Assembly: GCA_046757025.1 (NCBI GenBank)
Contig: JBHHXN010000002.1
Coordinates: 53,000 to 116,999, forward strand
DNA length: 64,000 bases
Direction of reading: 5' to 3'
Source: a bacterium
GTDB taxonomy: Bacteria > Zhuqueibacterota > Zhuqueibacteria > Oceanimicrobiales > Oceanimicrobiaceae
The notes under the pieces: generated by a model
The model's database searches: none
What the model was told of the DNA's origin: nothing
The model's input: only the letters and a program-made list of their open reading frames with translations
Part shown: positions 42,974 through 52,698 of the stretch, piece after piece
How positions within the stretch are numbered: the stretch's first letter is position 1
Layout: every line of letters begins with the position of its first letter
Translations under genes and position numbers: made by a program

Positions 42974-43990
42974 ATGAGCTTAAAAGATCTCGGGGAATTT
43001 GGTCTGATTGAAATGATAAAAAGCCGCGTCCACAAATCCGCCCCGGATTTGCTGGTGGGAATTGACGACGACGCCGCGGTATTTCGGTTATCAAAGGATC
43101 GAGTGGCTCTCCTCACCACCGACGCTTTTATCGAGGGTGTTCATTTTGATTTGGGCTACTTTACGTTTTATCAGCTGGGATGGCGTGCTTTGGCAGCGAA
43201 TCTCAGCGATATCGCAGCAATGGCTGGCTTGCCGAAATACGCGGTGGTAGCATTGGGCTTACCGGCGGGCACAAGTGAAAATTCCGTTATGGAGCTCTAT
43301 CGGGGCATGAGCGACATGGCTGATGAATTTCACGTACTCATCGTGGGGGGAGACACCATAAAATCACCGGCCCGAATTTACATTTCCGTCACCGTTCTGG
43401 GAGAAGTGGAGGCCGATAAAATGACCCGGCGTTCTACCGCCCGGGTGGGCGAGGGCATTTATGTCACGGGCAATTTAGGATGCGCCTGCGCGGGCCGGCG
43501 CGTGTTGAGCTCCCTTGAAGAGGCGCTGAAGCAGCAATTTGCGTCAACCGCTGAAAAGCATCTTTGTCCCATGCCCCGGGTTGAAGTTGCCCGCCATCTC
43601 GCTGAAAATTTTGCGATTCATTCCATGATAGACATAAGCGACGGATTGGCCTCAGAAATTAACCATCTCTGTCGGTTAAGTGAGGTCGGCGCAGTAATTA
43701 ATGAAACAGAACTGCCTCTGAATGAAGAAGTCAAGCAAATTGCCAAAACATTCGGGCAAAAGGCGTTGGATTATGGTTTGTATGGCGGAGAAGATTTTGA
43801 GCTGCTGTTCACCGCACCTCGGGAAGATCGTAATGAAATCCTGAATGCGTGCCAGCAAAAATTCGGGTTGGCGTGCTCGCTGATTGGCGAAGTGGTGGAG
43901 AAAACCAATGGAATAAAATTGAAGGACCGAAAAAATCAACTAACACCCATTCTGAGAGTCGGATTCGATCATTTTTCAAGCGATGTTTAG
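42974..43990 (+). CDS. thiL: Thiamine-monophosphate kinase
   Basis: GEFGLI, DDAA, NLSDIAAM, GGDT, DISDGL, GGEDFELLFT. Confidence 0.96.
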   Translation: MSLKDLGEFGLIEMIKSRVHKSAPDLLVGIDDDAAVFRLSKDRVALLTTDAFIEGVHFDLGYFTFYQLGWRALAANLSDIAAMAGLPKYAVVALGLPAGTSENSVMELYRGMSDMADEFHVLIVGGDTIKSPARIYISVTVLGEVEADKMTRRSTARVGEGIYVTGNLGCACAGRRVLSSLEEALKQQFASTAEKHLCPMPRVEVARHLAENFAIHSMIDISDGLASEINHLCRLSEVGAVINETELPLNEEVKQIAKTFGQKALDYGLYGGEDFELLFTAPREDRNEILNACQQKFGLACSLIGEVVEKTNGIKLKDRKNQLTPILRVGFDHFSSDV

Positions 43991-44010
43991 AATGTCAACG
44001 TGGATTCGAA

Positions 44011-44583
44011 ATGAACGAAAAGCGCAGGCAGATTTTTAAGCTGTTTAAGAAAAATTACGAATTGTTGGCAGGCAAGGTCTATCTTACAAATAATCCTGGG
44101 GAGGCCGTGGAAGTCTTGACAAGGATTTTATCTCAATCGAAAGCAACTAAAGCCGTTTTAGCGCCGGATTTGAAGGCTCTGCAAAAGGAGATTCAACCGA
44201 AACTGGAAGGGGATGTAGTGGAGCTGATGCAGTTGGAGAGGCCGGAGGTCGTTCAACGAATCGAATCGGCAGATATAGGCATCAGTCTGGTCGATTTTGC
44301 CATCGCTGAAACGGGCACCATTGCCGAAGTAACCACGGACGATGCGATTCGTTTAATTTCATCATTACCGGCCATTCACATTGCTTTTCTGTCCCTTTCT
44401 CAAATTGTTCTCTCACTGAATGAAGCGGCGGCTCGTTTGCGCAAGATTTATGAAAAGCACCCTGAAAATTGCAACGTTACCTTCATTTCGGGTCCCAGCC
44501 GCACGGCCGATATTGAAATGAAATTGTTCCTGGGAGTACACGGTCCGCAGGCATCGCATGTGATTGTTCGGGGGTGGAAATGA
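44011..44583 (+). CDS. lutC: LutC/YkgG (LUD domain) lactate utilization protein
   Basis: AIAETGT, ISSLPAIH, FISGPSRTADIE..LFLGVHGP. Start taken at ATG 44011 after thiL. Confidence 0.88.
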   Translation: MNEKRRQIFKLFKKNYELLAGKVYLTNNPGEAVEVLTRILSQSKATKAVLAPDLKALQKEIQPKLEGDVVELMQLERPEVVQRIESADIGISLVDFAIAETGTIAEVTTDDAIRLISSLPAIHIAFLSLSQIVLSLNEAAARLRKIYEKHPENCNVTFISGPSRTADIEMKLFLGVHGPQASHVIVRGWK

Positions 44584-46709
44584 GCCGGCAAAAAACGGTA
44601 GAGTTGAATAAGAAAATTCAGCAGGCATTGCAACAGAATGCCCAGCGCACAGCGCTTTTAACCGCGGTCAAACGCGGCCGTGACGCACGCGCGAAAGCGT
44701 TCAAAGAGTGGCCCGGCTCAGACGAATTGCGAGCTCAAGTTCGCGCGACCAAAGAAAAACATATTGCACAGTTAGAAGAATTGCTGACTCTTTTTACGGA
44801 GAAGGCTCGAAAGCGCGGCGCCCACGTTATTTTTATGAAAACCGGTCAGGATGCCTGTGACTATGTCTTAAAACTGGCGCGAGAAAAACAGGCCCAACTC
44901 ATCACCAAATCCAAATCTTTGACCACCGAAGAAATCGATTTGAATCGTCCATTGGAACAGGCCGGGCTTCAGGTTGTTGAGACGGATCTGGGAGAGCGGA
45001 TAATTCAAATGGCGGGGGAGGCACCGTATCATCTGGTTTTTCCAGCGGTGCATAAAACAACCCGGCAGGTGGCGGAGCTGTTCAGCCAGGCGACCGGAGA
45101 AAAGGTGAAAAGTCAGCTGGGCGATATCATGAGCCTGATGCGCCGTTCTTTGCGACCGCTGTTTATCAACGCGGATATCGGTGTCACCGGAGTGAACGTG
45201 GCCATTGCAGAAACCGGCGCCGTGCTGATTGAAACGAACGAGGGCAACGGTCGCCTGGTAAGCAGTTTACCGCCAGTACAGATCTGCATCATGGGCGTCG
45301 AGAAAATTGTGGAAACGTTCGAAGACGCCATGCAGATGATTTTGGCACACCCCATCAGTGCGGTGGGGCAACTGCTAACCACGTATGTTTCCTTTTTTGC
45401 CGGCCGATCACCGCTTGGGCAAAACAAAGAGCGCGAGCTGCACATCTTAATTCTCGACAACGGCCGTTCGGAAATGCGTGCCGATAGCAGGTTCCGGGAG
45501 GCATTGTACTGTATCCGCTGCGGCGCCTGTATGAATATTTGTCCCACCTATGGCGTACTTGGAGGACATGTGTTCGGTCACATTTACCCGGGTCCCATCG
45601 GTATCCCCTGGACCGCTCGAGTTCACGGATTGGACAAGGCTGCTGGATTCAGCGATTTATGCATTTCTTGTGGGTTGTGCAAAGAGATTTGCCCAGCGGA
45701 TATCGATCTACCGATGATGATCGCCCGAGTGAAGCAAGAAATTCTTAAAACCGAACCCCAATCGCTTGCAAACAGAGTTTTGATGGCGAATGAACGAATC
45801 GCGAAAATAGCTTGTGCCACCACGCCTTTTTCTAACTGGCTCCTGCAAAGTCCGGTAGTGAAAAAGTTCAGTGAAAAATTTCTGGGTTTGGATAAACGAA
45901 GAAACTTGCCACGGTTCACCCCCACGCCATTTAAAAAACAGTTTCAAAATATTGATAAGTTCGAAGATTCGGCGTCCGATGGCGAGCCGAGAGTGGCGTT
46001 ATTCGTGGACTATTTTGCGAACTATATTAAACCGGAAATCGCTGTTTGCGCGGCTAAAATTTTCAAAAAAGCCCGAGTTGAGTTGGTGCTCCCGAATCAA
46101 AAAGCCAGCGGCTATCCTTACATTTCTTACGGTGAAATTGGCAAAGCCCGCAAAAGCGCAGAATTTAATGTTAAAAATTTATTTCCGCTGGTTCGCCAAG
46201 GATTTGACGTGGTCACCACCGAGCCCACCGCCGCTTATGCACTAAAACAGGTTTATCCGAAATTACTCGATTATTCGGATGCGTCGCTGAGTGTTGCCAG
46301 CAAATCGTATTTGTTTTTTGAATATATCGCTAAATTACAAGAGGAAGGGGTGTTGCTATTTCCTCTGCAGATAACTGAAAATCGACAGTTTGGTTTGCAT
46401 GTGTCCTGTCATCAAAGATCCGGTGAGTCTGCACAATTCACTTTGCATTTTTTACACACGCTGGGATTTGAGGTTGTGGTGATCGAAAACGGCACGTGTT
46501 GTGGGATGGCTGGTACGTTTGGTTTTAAAAAAGGTCCACTCGGTTTCGAGTTGTCAGCCACGGTGGGGGAACCCCTGTTTGAATTGTTTAAAAGCAGCGG
46601 AGTCGATGCCATTTTAACCGAGAGTAGTGTTTGTAGAATGCAATTGTCCGATTTTGTTGGATTGGAGGTGTTGCATCCAATGGAATTATTGCTTCCGTTA
46701 AGCGTTTAA
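44580..46709 (+). CDS. lutB: LutB-like LUD plus 4Fe-4S protein fused to a CCG (LutA/GlpC-like) region
   Basis: KSKSLTTEEI, ETDLGE, NEGNGRL, CIRCGACMNICP, CISCGLCKEICP, C-terminal CCGMAGTFG; ATGA overlap with lutC. Confidence 0.85.
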   Translation: MSRQKTVELNKKIQQALQQNAQRTALLTAVKRGRDARAKAFKEWPGSDELRAQVRATKEKHIAQLEELLTLFTEKARKRGAHVIFMKTGQDACDYVLKLAREKQAQLITKSKSLTTEEIDLNRPLEQAGLQVVETDLGERIIQMAGEAPYHLVFPAVHKTTRQVAELFSQATGEKVKSQLGDIMSLMRRSLRPLFINADIGVTGVNVAIAETGAVLIETNEGNGRLVSSLPPVQICIMGVEKIVETFEDAMQMILAHPISAVGQLLTTYVSFFAGRSPLGQNKERELHILILDNGRSEMRADSRFREALYCIRCGACMNICPTYGVLGGHVFGHIYPGPIGIPWTARVHGLDKAAGFSDLCISCGLCKEICPADIDLPMMIARVKQEILKTEPQSLANRVLMANERIAKIACATTPFSNWLLQSPVVKKFSEKFLGLDKRRNLPRFTPTPFKKQFQNIDKFEDSASDGEPRVALFVDYFANYIKPEIAVCAAKIFKKARVELVLPNQKASGYPYISYGEIGKARKSAEFNVKNLFPLVRQGFDVVTTEPTAAYALKQVYPKLLDYSDASLSVASKSYLFFEYIAKLQEEGVLLFPLQITENRQFGLHVSCHQRSGESAQFTLHFLHTLGFEVVVIENGTCCGMAGTFGFKKGPLGFELSATVGEPLFELFKSSGVDAILTESSVCRMQLSDFVGLEVLHPMELLLPLSV

Positions 46710-46734
46710 AGTTAATCGAGTTTTGATATTTTTA

Positions 46735-46763
46735 TTGACTTCAAAATAGATTTTTGTTATTTT
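46735..46763 (+). promoter_or_regulatory. Putative sigma-70 promoter
   Basis: TTGACT-17nt-TATTTT with a TGn extended -10; AGGAGG RBS downstream. Confidence 0.5.
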
Positions 46764-46800
46764 CACTATCTTAAAAATCAACCAGATTGCAGGAGGAAAA

Positions 46801-48246
46801 ATGAACTCAATCAAAATGAAAAAAATGACCAAGTTTTGCACCTCGAAGATGACAAAGGCAGCCATTCGGCTCCTGTTTCTGAGTATTTTATTGAGTGGTA
46901 CAACAGCGCTTCTGGCAAAAGGTGGGGGTCCAAATGTTGCTGGCGCCAAACTCTATATTCAGCAAAATGAGTTGGAGAAAGCGCATGACGTTTTAATGAA
47001 AGAAATCAAGGAACGCAACGCCAACAATGAGGACGCGTGGTATCTTCTGGGTTATATTTATGCCAGGCAGAAGCAATATGATAAAATGTTAGAAGCCATG
47101 GATAAGGCCGCGAAACTAAAGCCCAAGTTTATTGATAAGGGGATAAAAATACGTAAGGATAAAGGAGCGATTTTAAGCTCGGGCGATGTGCTGGTTTCAA
47201 GCATGGGCATCGAAATGATGAAGCGAGCGGTCTGGCGGAATGCCTTTAACTCGGCCGTGAGCTTGTTCAATGCCGCTGGCAAAGCAGCCGATGATTCAAC
47301 CCGCTCTGCGAATTACATAAAAGCCTCAGAAAATTTTCAAGTGGCTGGAATCATTATTCCGGATAGCGTGCTTTCATTCAAATATTGCGCCTGGTCGCTG
47401 ATAAACCTCGGCCGAGAAGACGAAAGCGTTGAACCCCTCGAAACGGGACTGAAATATCACCCAGATAACGTTGAGCTTCGTTCCATTCTCGCACAAGTGT
47501 ATGCTACCACGGGCAAAGATAGTCTGGCTCTACCCATCCTGGAGGACCTATGGCATTCTGGTAACCACAGCGAGGAAATTGCCGAACATCTTTCAAGGTT
47601 GTATGTGAATTCAGGCAGAACCGTGGAGGCCAAGGCCATTTACAAAAGTGCGCTGGAAGATAGTCCCAATAATTTTAAATTCCGCTTAAATTATGGTGTG
47701 ATATTTTTACAGGCCAGTGAATTTGACAACGCTATAGAACAATTAAAAACAGCTTTAAGTCTGGATACACTTTCGTACGAAGTGAACTACTACCTTGGCG
47801 TGGCTTATTTGAATAAAGGGGTGGCCATTCGCGATCAGTTACCGGAGAATTCGGAGGATGAATCATACAAAGAGAATTTTAAACTCTCTCTACCCTATCT
47901 CGAAAAGGCCATCGCCATGAACCCGGATGACTCACAGACCTGGCTTACGCTTGGTCGAATTGCCGGCCAATTGAACAACAACACCCTGGCGGGTTACGCG
48001 TTTTCAAAAAGCGATTTAATTAGAACCGCTTTGGATAACAAAGTGGTGGTCGGTATGCAAAGCAGTTTGTTGAAAACCATTTTTGGTGAACCCGACCAAA
48101 TTACTCCAATCGATTCGAAGCAGTTCAGCCATGTGGAAGAATGGGTATACAAAGAACGAGCCAAAGCAAAAGGGAAAATAGCCATTTCAAAGCAGGTAAA
48201 TATCTACATAAATAAAGAGCGGGTTGAATCTATTTTTATTCCGTAG
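46801..48246 (+). CDS. Exported TPR protein with C-terminal SmpA/BamE-like small domain
   Basis: Signal peptide; TPRs (DAWYLLGYIY, NYYLGVAYLN); C-terminal VVGMQSSLLKTIFGEPDQI...EEWVY. Confidence 0.75.
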   Translation: MNSIKMKKMTKFCTSKMTKAAIRLLFLSILLSGTTALLAKGGGPNVAGAKLYIQQNELEKAHDVLMKEIKERNANNEDAWYLLGYIYARQKQYDKMLEAMDKAAKLKPKFIDKGIKIRKDKGAILSSGDVLVSSMGIEMMKRAVWRNAFNSAVSLFNAAGKAADDSTRSANYIKASENFQVAGIIIPDSVLSFKYCAWSLINLGREDESVEPLETGLKYHPDNVELRSILAQVYATTGKDSLALPILEDLWHSGNHSEEIAEHLSRLYVNSGRTVEAKAIYKSALEDSPNNFKFRLNYGVIFLQASEFDNAIEQLKTALSLDTLSYEVNYYLGVAYLNKGVAIRDQLPENSEDESYKENFKLSLPYLEKAIAMNPDDSQTWLTLGRIAGQLNNNTLAGYAFSKSDLIRTALDNKVVVGMQSSLLKTIFGEPDQITPIDSKQFSHVEEWVYKERAKAKGKIAISKQVNIYINKERVESIFIP

Positions 48247-48280
48247 CCGTTGATTCACCCTCTTCTGATACGAAATTGAG

Positions 48281-48324
48281 ATCAGGAAGCCATCCCTTGA
48301 CTTTGTGATGGATGGCTTTCTGAT
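48281..48324. terminator. Strong hairpin, probable terminator
   Basis: ATCAGGAAGCCATCC-14nt-GGATGGCTTTCTGAT, a 15-bp stem with one G-U pair. Confidence 0.6.
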
Positions 48325-48424
48325 ACTGTACAAAGCACCTGCGAAAAGCGGACAAAGTTATTTGTTTTCGCGCTACCTTCCTCATAATCGAGAGCTCATG
48401 TGCGCCTATCCTATTAAATAAAAA

Positions 48425-49264
48425 TTGAAAACATCTTCCAGAATACATCAATCAAAGAATTATCGTGAATTTTATGAAGCGGTAGGTGAACGATATCCAG
48501 AAGAACAGCTTGTTTACAAATCCCTGCGCGGGCTCCTTAGAAGAAAATTTGTTCTTGGGTTTATTCAAGAATCCCGCGGATGGTTTTTAGACCTGGGGTG
48601 TAATTGCGGCTATTACCTATCAAGTTATCATAACGGCCAGGCTGTGGGCGTGGACATCGCCCTGTCGGTTCTACAGATCGCCCACGAACGAAATCCTACC
48701 GCCTACATTTTACAGGGGGATGCTCAGAATTTAGGAATTTTTCGTAGCGATAGCTTTGATAGCATATTGTGTTCGGAAGTAATCGAACACGTTCCGGATC
48801 CGCAACAAGTCCTGTATGAGTGCCATCGAATTTTAAAGCGTGGTGGAAAAATATTGTTGACCACGCCAAATTATAAACAAAATAAACCAACCTGGATTCA
48901 GGTTGGCATCTTGAGTAAATATGGCGTGAAAGGGGTGGAAGATGATCGTTATTTTCACACGGCTTTTCGTCCCGAAGAATTAAAGAACATGGCAGAAAAA
49001 GCACAAATGGTAGTGGCATCATGGGGAACTTTCGAAAAAGAAGTCAAGTACGCCACAAGAATTCCCGTTTTATTTTATCACCTAATAAATTTACTCAACC
49101 AAGTCGTTTTTAAAAGTGAGTCGCTGGCGGATGTCAACAATAGATTTTTAGAGATAAGCAGTTTAATGATTTACAAGCTGTGTTGTACTTTGCGAATAAA
49201 CCAATTGCTAACTCGATTAGTTAAAGAAGGCGTTAGAACATTTGTAATCGCAGAAAAAGTTTAA
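48425..49264 (+). CDS. Class I SAM-dependent methyltransferase (Methyltransf_11-like)
   Basis: LDLGCNCG, GVDIA, FDSILCSEVIEHVPDP, ILKRGG.LLTTPN. Confidence 0.88.
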   Translation: MKTSSRIHQSKNYREFYEAVGERYPEEQLVYKSLRGLLRRKFVLGFIQESRGWFLDLGCNCGYYLSSYHNGQAVGVDIALSVLQIAHERNPTAYILQGDAQNLGIFRSDSFDSILCSEVIEHVPDPQQVLYECHRILKRGGKILLTTPNYKQNKPTWIQVGILSKYGVKGVEDDRYFHTAFRPEELKNMAEKAQMVVASWGTFEKEVKYATRIPVLFYHLINLLNQVVFKSESLADVNNRFLEISSLMIYKLCCTLRINQLLTRLVKEGVRTFVIAEKV

Positions 49265-49279
49265 TTTAAATCGCAGAAT

Positions 49280-50287
49280 ATGTGTGATCGACCGAAACTC
49301 GCCATTACCGTTGGAGATCCGAATGGCATTGGCCCCGAAGTCATCCTGAAGTCGCTTGCTAAAAAAGATGTTGCCAATATTTGCCGACCGATAATCATTG
49401 CTCCCATGCAGATAATTCGGCGGGAAATGCACCGGCTTCAAATACCATTCGATTTGATTGAGTTTGATGATGAAATGCCTTTGGAGCTACTGGAAGGGAA
49501 AGTGGGCGTGTTAAATTTTGAAATTGATTGCGCTGCTTTAAACGAAAACCAGATCGATTCAGTTTGGGGAGGCAAGGTGGCTGGCACCGCGTTGAATCTT
49601 GCCGTGAACGGAATTTACAAAGGCGTTTACCATGCGCTGGTAACCGCACCCATTTCAAAATCAGCCTTTAAATTAGCAGGCTTTGACTTCCCCGGACACA
49701 CCGAATTTTTAGCTTTCAAGTCCCATTGCCAGGATGTGGTGATGGTTTTGTTAAGCGATGCTTTCCGAGTGGGGCTGGTTACCACGCATTGCCCGCTTGC
49801 GGCTGTACCAAAATCTTTGAGTACGGAAATCATTCTACGCAAACTCCGCGTTCTGGATGCTGATTTGAATGAGCGGTTTAATATACCCAATCCTCGCATT
49901 GCGGTTTTGGCGCTAAATCCTCATGCAGGAGAAGGGGGCCTTTTGGGGAAAGAAGAAATAGAACTCATTGCACCAGCCATTGAACAAGCCAACGAATCGG
50001 GCATGCGCATAAGCGGACCGTTTCCCGCAGATTCGATTTTTACGAACCTGCAAAAAAATCGTTTCGACGCTTTTTTAGCCATGTATCACGATCAGGGGTT
50101 AATTCCGCTTAAGATGTCTTCATTTGGAAAAGCCGTAAATTACACCGCTGGTTTGCCTTTTATTCGCACATCCCCGGATCACGGAACGGCCTTTGATATC
50201 GCTGGCAAAGGCGTAGCAAACTCAGAAAGTATGGAGGCGGCGATTAAACTTGCGACTCGATTGGCGACAAAACAAAAAAACAGTTGA
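49280..50287 (+). CDS. pdxA: 4-hydroxythreonine-4-phosphate dehydrogenase PdxA
   Basis: GDPNGIGPE, FPGHTE, LNPHAGE, AMYHDQG, RTSPDHGTA. Confidence 0.96.
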   Translation: MCDRPKLAITVGDPNGIGPEVILKSLAKKDVANICRPIIIAPMQIIRREMHRLQIPFDLIEFDDEMPLELLEGKVGVLNFEIDCAALNENQIDSVWGGKVAGTALNLAVNGIYKGVYHALVTAPISKSAFKLAGFDFPGHTEFLAFKSHCQDVVMVLLSDAFRVGLVTTHCPLAAVPKSLSTEIILRKLRVLDADLNERFNIPNPRIAVLALNPHAGEGGLLGKEEIELIAPAIEQANESGMRISGPFPADSIFTNLQKNRFDAFLAMYHDQGLIPLKMSSFGKAVNYTAGLPFIRTSPDHGTAFDIAGKGVANSESMEAAIKLATRLATKQKNS

Positions 50288-51023
50288 ACCCTATTCACAA
50301 TTGGCCTTCATATATGATTTTATCATGCGTCATGTGGATTATCATCGCTGGGCTAATTATATCAATAGCCTATTGTTGAAGGCATCCTCGCCGACGAGCA
50401 AGATACTGGATATTGCCTGCGGCACGGGTAGTTTGCTTCTGAAACTGGCTGAATTAAATTACCGGGTAGCGGGTTTTGATGAGTCAGAAAATATGGTCAA
50501 AATCGCTCAAAAAAATGCACGAAAACAGCACAAGTCCGTGCCTTTCTGGCGGGGGTCGATGCTCGATTTCGCCGTCCACAATAAGTTCGGGGCCGTCGTA
50601 TGCACGTATGATAGCATGAATTATTGTCTGACTCCCTCTTGTATAAACTCCATATTTCTAAACACCTATGATGTTTTGCATCCAGGGGGATTATTTATTT
50701 TCGATATATGCACAGAAAAAAATTCTCGGAGAAATTTTTTAAAGTATTTCGAAAAGGATTCCACCGACGATTTTCGATACGTAAGGGAGTCGTATTACAT
50801 GCCGCGAAAGAGGTTTCAAATTAACGAGTTTGAGATTATCTGGAACCAGGACTCCAGCATCATTTACCATGAAATTCACAAGCAGAGAATTTATAAAATA
50901 GAAGAGATAAAAAATAAAATACCCCATGAGTTATTTTTATTAGAGGGGATTTATGAAGGATTTTCCATGCACAAAGGTACGGAAAAATCAGACCGTGTGC
51001 ATTTTGTTTTGAAAAAGAAATGA
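50250..51023 (+). CDS. Class I SAM-dependent methyltransferase
   Basis: LAFIYD, ILDIACGTG, CTYDSMNY, LHPGGLFIFD. Exact start uncertain (overlaps the pdxA end). Confidence 0.88.
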   Translation: MRLDWRQNKKTVEPYSQLAFIYDFIMRHVDYHRWANYINSLLLKASSPTSKILDIACGTGSLLLKLAELNYRVAGFDESENMVKIAQKNARKQHKSVPFWRGSMLDFAVHNKFGAVVCTYDSMNYCLTPSCINSIFLNTYDVLHPGGLFIFDICTEKNSRRNFLKYFEKDSTDDFRYVRESYYMPRKRFQINEFEIIWNQDSSIIYHEIHKQRIYKIEEIKNKIPHELFLLEGIYEGFSMHKGTEKSDRVHFVLKKK

Positions 51024-51043
51024 GATCGGACAGGTGAACGCGG

Positions 51044-51694
51044 ATGGTTAAATTACATAATTTGAAGATGCGGTATAAAAGCGGCGACGGACTAGATGGG
51101 GTTAATTTTGAAATTCAAAATGGAGAATTTGTCTTTTTGGTCGGGCCCACCGGTGCAGGTAAAAGTACGGTGCTAAAGATTATCTATATGGATGAATTTC
51201 CGGATGAGGGCTACATCGTGGTGGACAATTATAATTCTTTATATGTAACAGAAAATGACATTCCCTACTTGCGTCGCAAACTCGGCATCGTGTTTCAGGA
51301 CTTTAAATTATTGGAGGATCGCGATGTGTTTGAGAATGTAGCATTTGCACTCCGAGTAACCAACGCCCGTCAAAAAGATATTAAAAAGAAAACCTTTCGT
51401 GCTTTGGCAGATGTGGGCTTGAGTTTAAAAAGCAGAAAAATGCCATCTGAGCTTTCCGGGGGCGAACAACAAAGAGTGGCCATTGCCCGGGCCATTGTAA
51501 ATGAGCCGTTGATTTTATTAGCTGACGAGCCAACGGGAAATTTAGATCCCAAAACCACCGTGGAAATCATGCATATTCTTAACAAAGTCAACGCGCGAGG
51601 CACTGCCATTTTGATGGCCACGCATAATTATGAATTGGTAAACCGAACCGCCAAACGGGTGGTATCCATCAAAAATGGAAGGACCTTAAATTGA
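51044..51694 (+). CDS. ftsE: Cell division ATP-binding protein FtsE
   Basis: [41 protein letters not shown]. Confidence 0.95.
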   Translation: MVKLHNLKMRYKSGDGLDGVNFEIQNGEFVFLVGPTGAGKSTVLKIIYMDEFPDEGYIVVDNYNSLYVTENDIPYLRRKLGIVFQDFKLLEDRDVFENVAFALRVTNARQKDIKKKTFRALADVGLSLKSRKMPSELSGGEQQRVAIARAIVNEPLILLADEPTGNLDPKTTVEIMHILNKVNARGTAILMATHNYELVNRTAKRVVSIKNGRTLN

Positions 51695-52560
51695 TTCAAA
51701 GCCTGCTGTTTTCCTTGAAAGAGGGGTTTGGTGGATTAGTACGCTCCAAATTGACGGGATTCATTGCCACGGTCACCGTGGTCATTTCTCTGATTCTAGT
51801 GGGAATCTTTCTCATCGTGACGATCAACCTGGGACGTCTCGTGAATGATTTGCGTAGCCGAGTCGAATTGGAGGTCTTTTTAGATGATTCCATGGATGAA
51901 ACAAAAATTCAAGAATTAACCAGTAAAATCAATCGTTTTGAGGGTGTGGACAGTTTGCGGTACATATCAAAAGATATGGCGGCTGAGGAGTTTAAACAAC
52001 TCTTTAAAAATCAACAAGAAGATTATTTTGCCACCCTGGGTTATAATCCGTTGCCATCCTCCTTTCGAATTAAATTGACCAAAGATTATCAAACCGCCAG
52101 CGGTGCTGAAAAAGTGTTTCAATACCTGAACTCATTGGCCGAAATCAACGAAGAGGATATTGTTTACAGACGCGAGTACGTTGTTTTGTTGGAAAAATAT
52201 ATTAAAGTCGCCATCGTGGTGGATTTTGTCATTGGAATAATTATTTGTTTAAGCGCGTTGCTTCTGGTTTCAAACAATATTCGCTTGATTATCTCATCAA
52301 AAAATAAAATTATTGAAACTATGAAACTTGTAGGTGCGACACGTCATTTTATAAAAACACCGTTTTATATTCAAGGGATCGCGCAAGGTCTGTTGGGTGG
52401 AGTTTTTTCGGCACTATTTTTGCACGGCTTGGTGAAGCTTTTAGAATTCGAAATCTCTGGATACTTGTCTGTAGACGGGACAATTTACATAATACTGATA
52501 AATTTAGGTGTATTACTTGGTTTTACCGGTAGCTTTCTTGCCATTAGAAGATATTTATAA
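51691..52560 (+). CDS. ftsX: Cell division permease FtsX
   Basis: NPLPSSF, NNIRL, MKLVGAT..FIKTPF; follows ftsE. Confidence 0.93.
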   Translation: MIQSLLFSLKEGFGGLVRSKLTGFIATVTVVISLILVGIFLIVTINLGRLVNDLRSRVELEVFLDDSMDETKIQELTSKINRFEGVDSLRYISKDMAAEEFKQLFKNQQEDYFATLGYNPLPSSFRIKLTKDYQTASGAEKVFQYLNSLAEINEEDIVYRREYVVLLEKYIKVAIVVDFVIGIIICLSALLLVSNNIRLIISSKNKIIETMKLVGATRHFIKTPFYIQGIAQGLLGGVFSALFLHGLVKLLEFEISGYLSVDGTIYIILINLGVLLGFTGSFLAIRRYL

Positions 52561-52598
52561 ATCTTCGCTTTTTGCGGTTTGACAAATTATGTTTTTTC

Positions 52599-52627
52599 TT
52601 GACATACAATAGAAAAATTAGTATCTT
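52599..52627 (+). promoter_or_regulatory. Putative sigma-70 promoter of the hrcA operon
   Basis: TTGACA-17nt-TATCTT. Confidence 0.6.
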
Positions 52628-52698
52628 ACAATAATTTATATTGAAATACTGTCGATATTGGAATCATTAGATTTTAGTGTAAAGTTCATTGATGCGAT

